Origin: Bacteroidales bacterium
GTDB lineage: Bacteria > Bacteroidota > Bacteroidia > Bacteroidales > UBA932
Length of the DNA stretch: 64,000 nt
Assembly: GCA_015060225.1 (NCBI GenBank)
Contig: SUYX01000010.1
Location: forward strand, 448-64,447
Direction: 5' to 3'
In this document: piece by piece, positions 57,802-64,000 of the stretch
Layout: every line of letters begins with the position of its first letter
Position numbering within the stretch: position 1 is the first letter of the stretch
The notes under the pieces: generated by a model
Seen by the model: the letters and a program-made list of their open reading frames with translations, nothing else
Told to the model about the DNA's origin: nothing
The model's database searches: none
Position numbers and translations under genes: made by a program

Positions 57802-59760
57802 ATGAAGAGAGATTTGAAATATTTGCAGCTGCTGGCAAAGAGTTTCCCTACCATACAGGCTGCCAGTACGGAAATTATAAACCTGGAGGCAATCCTGAAT
57901 CTGCCAAAGGGTACTGAGCACTTTGTTACCGACCTTCATGGTGAGCATGAGGCATTCCAGCATGTACTGAAGAATGCGTCGGGTGTGATAAAGAGGAAGG
58001 TGGAGGATATTTTTGGGCATTCGTTGAGGGAGGCTGAGAAGAGTGAATTGTGTACACTAATCTATTATCCCGAGGAGAAACTTAAAATCATAAAGCTTAG
58101 GGAGAAGGAGAAGGCGCTCCATGAATGGTACAAGGTGATACTTATGAGACTTGTGAAGGTATGTTCCAATGTATCTACAAAATACACAAGGTCAAAAGTG
58201 AGGAAGGCGATGCCGCAGGAGTATGAGTATATCATACAGGAGCTTCTGCATGAGTCAAAGAGCGGAGAGGCCAACAAGCACAATTATATTACGGCAATTG
58301 TTGAGACAATCATCTCTACAGGTAGGGCAGACCATTTTATCATTGCAATCTGCAACCTCATCCAAAGGCTTACAATTGATTCCCTCCATATTATCGGAGA
58401 TATTTATGACAGGGGCCCCGGTGCCCACATCATCCTTGATATACTGGAGAATTACCATAATTGGGATGTCCAGTGGGGCAACCATGATCTTGTATGGATG
58501 GGTGCAGCAGCCGGAAGCAAGGCTTGCGTGGCCAATGTGGTAAGGATGTGCTCAAGATATGCCAATTTCAAGATTCTTGAAGAGGGGTATGGAATTAATC
58601 TTCTTCCCCTTGTTACATTTGCGATGGATGCATATGGCGATGACCCTTGTACCATATTCAGGCCTAAAGGGGCAGATGCTGAGGGGTTGAATCCAAAACA
58701 GACCAGACTGGTGGCCCAGATGCACAAGGCCATTACAATAATGCAGTTCAAGCTGGAATATGAAATTATCAGCCGCAGGCCTGAGTTTGGAATGGATGAC
58801 CGCAATCTGCTCCATCTGATAGACTATAAGAAAGGTGTGATTGTACTGGACGGGAAGGAATACCCTTTGAGGGATGACGATTTCCAGACAATAGACCCTG
58901 AGAATCCTTATAAACTTACACCGGAGGAGGAGAGGGTGATAAACAGGCTCACCAACAACTTTGTAAGCAGTGCCCACCTGGCCAAGCATATGCAGTTGCT
59001 TTATTCTCATGGGGCATTGTATCTTGTGAGGAACTCAAACCTCCTATTCCACGGTTCGGTTCCTCTGAATGAGGACGGCTCGTTCAAAACCCTTAATATC
59101 CAGGGGAAGGATTATGCAGGCAAGGCATTATTTGACAAGATAGACCAGATTGTGAGACAGGCATATTTTGAGACTGAAAAATCTGCTTCCAAGCAGTTTG
59201 CCCAGGATTTTGTATGGTATTTGTGGTGTGGTCCCGTTTCACCTCCATTTGACAAGAACAGGATGGCAACCTTTGAACGATATTTCCTTAGTGATAAAGA
59301 GGCCCAGAAAGAGCATAAGGGATGGTACAACATTCACAAGAACAACAAGGAGATATGTGAAAAGATATTGGCTGAATTTGGGGTAGAAGGGGAGCCTTCC
59401 CACATTATTAACGGCCATATTCCTGTAAAGACAACAAAAGGGGAGTCTCCAATAAAGGCAGGTGGAAGGTTATTGGTCATTGATGGTGGCTACTCAAAGC
59501 CATATCAGGCCGAGACCGGTATTGCAGGTTATACCCTAATTTACAACTCGTATGGATTGAGACTTGTGCAGCATGAGCCGTTTGAATCTACCCAGGTGGC
59601 AATTGAACAGGGCAAGGACATTATCTCTGAGACAATAGTTGTGGAGTTTGTAGAGAAGAGGAAATTTGTAAGGGATACAGATATCGGGAAGAAGCTCATA
59701 GATCAGATTGATGATCTCAAGCAGTTGCTTGTTGCATTCAGAAAGGGTCAAATTAGATAG
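57802..59760 (+). CDS. fbp: Class 3 fructose-1,6-bisphosphatase
   Basis: N-terminus DLKYLQLLAKSFPT, with HFVTDLHGEHEAF and GDIYDRGP metallophosphoesterase motifs. The ATG at 57802 is preferred to the TTG at 57790. Confidence 0.9.
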   Translation: MKRDLKYLQLLAKSFPTIQAASTEIINLEAILNLPKGTEHFVTDLHGEHEAFQHVLKNASGVIKRKVEDIFGHSLREAEKSELCTLIYYPEEKLKIIKLREKEKALHEWYKVILMRLVKVCSNVSTKYTRSKVRKAMPQEYEYIIQELLHESKSGEANKHNYITAIVETIISTGRADHFIIAICNLIQRLTIDSLHIIGDIYDRGPGAHIILDILENYHNWDVQWGNHDLVWMGAAAGSKACVANVVRMCSRYANFKILEEGYGINLLPLVTFAMDAYGDDPCTIFRPKGADAEGLNPKQTRLVAQMHKAITIMQFKLEYEIISRRPEFGMDDRNLLHLIDYKKGVIVLDGKEYPLRDDDFQTIDPENPYKLTPEEERVINRLTNNFVSSAHLAKHMQLLYSHGALYLVRNSNLLFHGSVPLNEDGSFKTLNIQGKDYAGKALFDKIDQIVRQAYFETEKSASKQFAQDFVWYLWCGPVSPPFDKNRMATFERYFLSDKEAQKEHKGWYNIHKNNKEICEKILAEFGVEGEPSHIINGHIPVKTTKGESPIKAGGRLLVIDGGYSKPYQAETGIAGYTLIYNSYGLRLVQHEPFESTQVAIEQGKDIISETIVVEFVEKRKFVRDTDIGKKLIDQIDDLKQLLVAFRKGQIR

Positions 59761-59768
59761 AAATTGCT

Positions 59769-59799
59769 TTTGCGGCAGGTGAAAATTATGCTACCTTTG
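59769..59799 (+). promoter_or_regulatory. Promoter TTTG-N19-TACCTTTG for the YidE/YbjL-family transporter gene
   Basis: -33 TTTG at 59769-59772, a 19-nt spacer, and -7 TACCTTTG at 59792-59799. The ATG is at 59826. Confidence 0.5.
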
Positions 59800-59825
59800 C
59801 CGCCGCTTTATCAGTAATAAATATT

Positions 59826-61496
59826 ATGAATTGGTTTTACGAGTTAGTTATGGGCTCATCCATTGCCCATGCCGTATTGGTCCTCTCTGGGGTTGTTGCT
59901 CTGGGAGTCCTTTTGAGCAGAATTAAGATCTGTGGAGTGTCACTTGGCGTTACCTGGATATTGTTTGTAGGTATTGTAGCAGGTCATTTCGGCCTTACAG
60001 TTGAGCACAACATTCTCCATTTCATCAAGGAATTCGGACTTATCCTGTTTGTATATTCTGTAGGATTGCAGGTTGGCCCCGGATTCTTCTCTTCGTTCAA
60101 GAAGGGAGGCCTTACCCTTAATGGGGTGGCAGTAATGATAGTGTTCATGAGTGTGCTTCTGGCTTATATAATCCATCTTATTACCGGGACAAGTCTTGTT
60201 ACAATGGTTGGAGTGCTTTGCGGTGCCGTTACAAACACCCCTGGCCTCGGTGCAGCACAACAGACATATATTGATGCTACAGGGGTTGCAGATCCGTCCA
60301 TTGCAATGGGTTATGCAGTGGCATATCCTCTGGGTGTGGTTGGTATAGTAATGTCCATAGTTGTTATCAAGGGCCTTTTTGGCATGACAATGGAGAAAGA
60401 GCTTGAGAAAGCCACAGGTTCCAGTGCGGATGCCGCCAAAATGGCTACAAAATATTCTGTAGAGGTTAAGAATGTGGCAATATTCGGCAAGACAATAGAA
60501 GAACTGCATGGCCTTATAGATAAAGATTTTGTTGTTTCAAGGCTTTGCAGGGCTGACGGTTCTGTTGAGATTCCAACATCTGAATCAAAATTATATGAAG
60601 GGGACAAATTGCTTGTGATATCAGTAGAGTCAAGTAAGGAATCCATTGTTGCTTTCTTTGGTGAACTGCTTGATATGAGTTCTGAGGAGTGGACCGATAT
60701 GGACAGCATGATGGCTACAAGAAAGATTATTGTAACCAAACACAAGATAAACGGCAAGACCCTTGGAGAGCTTAAGGTGAGATCTGTTTTTGGTGTGAAT
60801 GTTACCAGGGTAAACCGTGCCGGTATAGACCTTGTGGCAGCACCGGACCTTGAACTTCAGATTGGTGACCGTGTATTGGCTGTTGGAGATGACAAGAAAC
60901 TGGACAGTTTTGCAAAGATGCTTGGCAACTCTTCAAAACAGTTGAGGGAGCCTAATCTGCTTGCAATATTCCTTGGAATAGCAGTAGGTATGATATTCGG
61001 TTCAATTCCGTTCATGCTTCCAGGAATGCCTCAACCTGTAAAACTTGGTCTTGCAGGCGGCCCGCTTATTATTGCTATCCTCATAAGCCGTTTCGGGTAC
61101 AAATTCAATATTGTAACCTATACAACCTTGAGTGCTAATATGATGCTCAGGGAGGTAGGTATATCATTGTTCCTGGCTGCAGTAGGTATAGGTTCCGGTG
61201 CAGGATTCGTTGATACGGTAATCAACCAGGGAGGTCTTGCATGGATAGGATATGGTGTAATCATTACACTTGTTCCAATGCTTGCAGGTGCTGCAATCGG
61301 AAGGTTTGTATTCAAGTTCAACTATTTCCAGTTGATGGGACTCATCTCAGGAAGCGGTACAAATCCGTCGGGACTGGCATATTCAAACTCGGTTTCCCCA
61401 ATTAACCAGCAGGCAGTTTCGTATGCTACGGTTTATCCCCTTGTAATGTTCCTGAGGGTACTTACTCCGCAGATACTTATTCTGATGGCATTGTAG
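59826..61496 (+). CDS. YidE/YbjL (AspT/AAEx) family transporter with two central RCK_C domains
   Basis: 556 aa with duplicated TM halves flanking two TrkA-C-like segments (VVSRLCRADG..., VTRVNRAGI...). Confidence 0.8.
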   Translation: MNWFYELVMGSSIAHAVLVLSGVVALGVLLSRIKICGVSLGVTWILFVGIVAGHFGLTVEHNILHFIKEFGLILFVYSVGLQVGPGFFSSFKKGGLTLNGVAVMIVFMSVLLAYIIHLITGTSLVTMVGVLCGAVTNTPGLGAAQQTYIDATGVADPSIAMGYAVAYPLGVVGIVMSIVVIKGLFGMTMEKELEKATGSSADAAKMATKYSVEVKNVAIFGKTIEELHGLIDKDFVVSRLCRADGSVEIPTSESKLYEGDKLLVISVESSKESIVAFFGELLDMSSEEWTDMDSMMATRKIIVTKHKINGKTLGELKVRSVFGVNVTRVNRAGIDLVAAPDLELQIGDRVLAVGDDKKLDSFAKMLGNSSKQLREPNLLAIFLGIAVGMIFGSIPFMLPGMPQPVKLGLAGGPLIIAILISRFGYKFNIVTYTTLSANMMLREVGISLFLAAVGIGSGAGFVDTVINQGGLAWIGYGVIITLVPMLAGAAIGRFVFKFNYFQLMGLISGSGTNPSGLAYSNSVSPINQQAVSYATVYPLVMFLRVLTPQILILMAL

Positions 61497-61517
61497 AGCA
61501 TCTTTTTTGCTCTTTTT
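61495..61517 (+). terminator. Intrinsic terminator overlapping the transporter stop codon
   Basis: AGAGCA-TCTTTTT-TGCTCT followed by TTTT. Confidence 0.55.
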
Positions 61518-61634
61518 AAAATAAGAAATTATCTCTGTTTCCTGAAAAAGAAAAACTTTTTGCATGAGACGGGGATTTTTTCTTTTTGTGGCATACTGTC
61601 TCATCCATTCCGGTTAATATTGCGGAAAAAAGAT

Positions 61635-62831
61635 ATGAAGAATCTGGCAACGGTGCTTCTCCTGCTGGTTGTGGGGTGCACCATTCATCAGGATCCATCT
61701 TTGGATGGGGAGGAGATAGATTTTAATGTGGAGCTGTTGGGAGGTTCATCCGTTACCAAAGGCGCTGAGGGGATTGATGCTTCACTCGTGGAAGATGTAA
61801 ATCTCTATATTTTCAATGCGGCTGGGGAGCAGCTGCTCCACAACTATTTTTTTCAAGGCAATGTGCAAATAGAGGATTTTCTCTTCTTCTCCAATGATAG
61901 GTATTCTGTATATCTGCTGGTGAATTGGGGTGAGGAACTGAAGGTAGGCTCGTTGGATGAACTTAAGGAGGTAAGGTTTGTTCCCGACAATCTTGAGACA
62001 TTTGCAGACAGTGCCCCTCTGATGACAGGGGTGCTGGAAGATGTGCATCTGTATGACGGAGCCCATATAGAGGTAGGGCTGTCAAAAGTATATGCCGGGG
62101 TAAATCTGAAGTGCAATATGTCCGGATTGAATTATGGAGTTACTGTAAATGTTGTAAGGGCAAGCCTTAAGAATGTGCCGGAGGAGTCATTTCTGTTTGA
62201 GGAGAATGTTGCGGGGAGTGTAGTTGACGGCAAAGTGCTTGAAGGGGACCTTTTGGGCAGTATAAAGGGTGATGGAGTTCACTTTTATATGTTGGAGAAT
62301 CTTCAGGGGAGTGTGCCCGGTGCTCTTGACAATAAGGATAAGGCGCTGAAACTGACCCAGCAGAGGAGGCAGTTGTGCAGTTATGTGGAACTGGAATGCG
62401 ATCTGGTTTCCGCTTCGCACAGGGGAAGGATGGTTTACAGGTTTTATCTTGGTAGCGGACATGATAACTGCAATGTGGCAAGGAATACATGGCAGGAGAT
62501 TGAAGTTAGGTTCAAGGGAAATGCCAGTGAGGATGAGAACAGTGTGAGCGTGGACAACAGTGCCCTGAAGGATAGGGTAAAGCAGGTGCTGGTGTCTCCA
62601 GCGCTGATAATCTTTGCTCCTGGAGCCGGGAATACATATAATTTGTCTGTAGAGATCAAACCTCCCACAGCCTTTGATAAGAGGGTAAAATGGACCACCA
62701 GCAACAGGAATGTGGTGAAGGTGGACAATAATGGGGTAATTACTACTGTGGGCAGCGGGCAATGCAAGGTGTATGCCATTTCCTTGGACAATCAGTCGGT
62801 GAGTGGGTATGTTGATATAAGGGTGATGTGA
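61635..62831 (+). CDS. Surface lipoprotein with a fimbrillin-like (FimA/Mfa or DUF4906-like) body and a C-terminal Big_2 domain
   Basis: Lipobox LLVVGC. VNLYIFNAAGE and VHFYMLENLQG resemble Bacteroidales fimbrillin-fold proteins. VKWTTSNRNVVKVDNNGVITTVGSGQCKVYA is a Big_2 signature. The ATG at 61635 is preferred to the TTG at 61560. Confidence 0.4.
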   Translation: MKNLATVLLLLVVGCTIHQDPSLDGEEIDFNVELLGGSSVTKGAEGIDASLVEDVNLYIFNAAGEQLLHNYFFQGNVQIEDFLFFSNDRYSVYLLVNWGEELKVGSLDELKEVRFVPDNLETFADSAPLMTGVLEDVHLYDGAHIEVGLSKVYAGVNLKCNMSGLNYGVTVNVVRASLKNVPEESFLFEENVAGSVVDGKVLEGDLLGSIKGDGVHFYMLENLQGSVPGALDNKDKALKLTQQRRQLCSYVELECDLVSASHRGRMVYRFYLGSGHDNCNVARNTWQEIEVRFKGNASEDENSVSVDNSALKDRVKQVLVSPALIIFAPGAGNTYNLSVEIKPPTAFDKRVKWTTSNRNVVKVDNNGVITTVGSGQCKVYAISLDNQSVSGYVDIRVM

Positions 62832-62860
62832 CAAAGGTTGTTATTTTCTGAATAGTTGGG

Positions 62861-62868
62861 TATTTTTG
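62861..62868 (+). promoter_or_regulatory. -7 box TATTTTTG for the YfcC-family gene
   Basis: It matches TAnnTTTG, with a partial -33 (GTTG) 20 nt upstream. The ATG is at 62895. Confidence 0.4.
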
Positions 62869-62894
62869 CCTGCAAATTTCAAAAAGGAGTCTGT

Positions 62895-64000
62895 ATGGGA
62901 AAGAAAAAAAGGGAGTTCCCCAACACTTATGTTATAATTTTTGCAATAATTCTTGTGTGTGCCATTGCGACATGGATGGTACCTGGAGGGGAATATGTTA
63001 AGGTGGAAGATGCATCCGGTATTTCTCAGGGTGTTGAGTTCAGGAATGTTCCCTCTGTAGGGCAATGGTGGACCATTATGGAGGCTTTCTATAATGGTTT
63101 TACAAAGCAGAGTGGAATCATATGTTTCATTCTGGTGATAGGTGCTTCCTTTTGGGTAGTCAACAGGAGTAGGGCAATAGATGCAGGTATCTTTTCATTT
63201 CTCAAGCTGGTTACCCGTCTGGAGAAGAACAGGGCTCTGGCCAAAATAGGTGTAAGCAATCTTGTAATAGTGCTGATTATGCTTATGTTCAGTCTCTTTG
63301 GGGCTATTTTCGGAATGAGCGAAGAGACTATAGCGTTTGTGGTAATTCTTGTGCCGTTGGCAATCTCCATGGGATATGATTCCATTGTTGGAGTATGTAT
63401 GGTATATGTTGCGGCTCATGTGGGCTTTGCAGGTGCCATACTCAATCCGTTTACCATAGGTATTGCCCAGGATCTGGCAGGACTCCCAATGTTCTCGGGA
63501 ATAGAGTACCGTTTCTTCTGTTGGGTTGTGCTCAATGTAATTACAATTGCTTTTGTATTGCTGTATGCGGCAAAAATTAAGAGGAATCCGCAGAAATCCA
63601 TGATGTATGAAGCGGATGCACATTGGAGAAACCATATAAATGAGCAGGGAGGGGGAGTAGAGTATTACAGGAACGGTGCCTCATGGGTTTCATTTGCTAT
63701 AGCGGCAGTTGTGGTGATATTGTTTACTGTAAGCTGCAGCGGTGAAACATGGCTCTCCATAGGTTCGCAGAAGTATCATACTGTATGGTTGCTTCCGACT
63801 GTGGCGGTCGCCTTCATTGTAACATGCGTTGTGGCATTGCGCAAGTCAGTCCATTTTTATGTCCTTACATTGCTGGGTTTTACAATTATATATCTTGTAG
63901 CAGGTGTGCTGGGCTTCGGATGGTATATAGGTGAAATATCAGCCCTGTTCCTTACCATGGGTGTGTTGAGTGGAGTGGCCATGGGATTGTCGGGAAATGC
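62895..64000 (+). CDS. YfcC-family (putative basic amino acid / C4-dicarboxylate carrier-like) membrane protein, 3' truncated by the window edge
   Basis: It is not in the ORF track because no stop codon is reached. My manual translation is open from ATG 62895 to the window end: MGKKKREFPNTYVIIFAIILVCAIATWMVPGGEY...AILNPFTIGIAQ. Confidence 0.75.
   Translation, partial: MGKKKREFPNTYVIIFAIILVCAIATWMVPGGEYVKVEDASGISQGVEFRNVPSVGQWWTIMEAFYNGFTKQSGIICFILVIGASFWVVNRSRAIDAGIFSFLKLVTRLEKNRALAKIGVSNLVIVLIMLMFSLFGAIFGMSEETIAFVVILVPLAISMGYDSIVGVCMVYVAAHVGFAGAILNPFTIGIAQDLAGLPMFSGIEYRFFCWVVLNVITIAFVLLYAAKIKRNPQKSMMYEADAHWRNHINEQGGGVEYYRNGASWVSFAIAAVVVILFTVSCSGETWLSIGSQKYHTVWLLPTVAVAFIVTCVVALRKSVHFYVLTLLGFTIIYLVAGVLGFGWYIGEISALFLTMGVLSGVAMGLSGN

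Noticed and set aside
61497-61634. Invertible (phase-variable) promoter upstream of the fimbrillin-like gene
   Set aside because: Only a 7-bp inverted repeat (ATGAGAC/GTCTCAT) flanks 27 nt, which is far shorter than Bacteroides invertons. No recombinase gene is nearby.

Overview
The window reads as a gene-dense chromosomal segment from a member of Bacteroidota, most likely Bacteroidales. The taxonomic call is an inference from three things. TAnnTTTG -7 boxes, some with TTTG -33 boxes, sit upstream of many genes. Shine-Dalgarno sequences are absent. The gene families are typical of the phylum: class 3 FBPase, GldE/CNNM-like, DUF4271-hemD, DUF2723, bacterial GH3, DUF5106, tricorn-like S41 and an OlsF-like acyltransferase. 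I call 50 protein genes (2 truncated by the window edges), one tRNA-Gln(UUG), several intrinsic terminators and a set of promoter boxes. I recognised no rRNA, CRISPR array, transposase, integrase, phage or conjugation genes. Most of the content is housekeeping: dnaE, thiL, sufBCD, nrdJ, ispE, rbfA, tyrS, groES/EL, tadA, uvrC, rnpA/yidD, hemD, recO, rdgB, rsgA and fbp. Several ORF-track starts use TTG or GTG and are probably too long, so I re-assigned them to ATG codons consistent with the promoter boxes and neighbouring genes. I did not find a convincing multi-gene novel system such as a defence island. The signals I cannot explain with standard annotation are these. (1) The 10-mer TTCCCGACAG (8-mer core TTCCCGAC) is strongly over-represented on both strands, inside and between genes. 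(2) A 980-aa secreted protein combines an HExxH motif, propeller-like repeats and an Omp85-like C-terminal barrel signature. (3) A lipoprotein-TPR/transmembrane/LuxR-HTH regulator lies divergent from an 861-aa MG2-like/plug-like secreted protein. (4) An orphan NtrC-like regulator lacks the AAA+ domain and the receiver acidic pocket, and twin TGTAAA-N5-TTTACA palindromes bracket its own promoter. (5) The suf operon is interrupted by a PnuC-family transporter. (6) A higBA cassette is bracketed by long perfect hairpins. All function calls come from motif recognition by eye. No database search or numerical composition analysis was possible.
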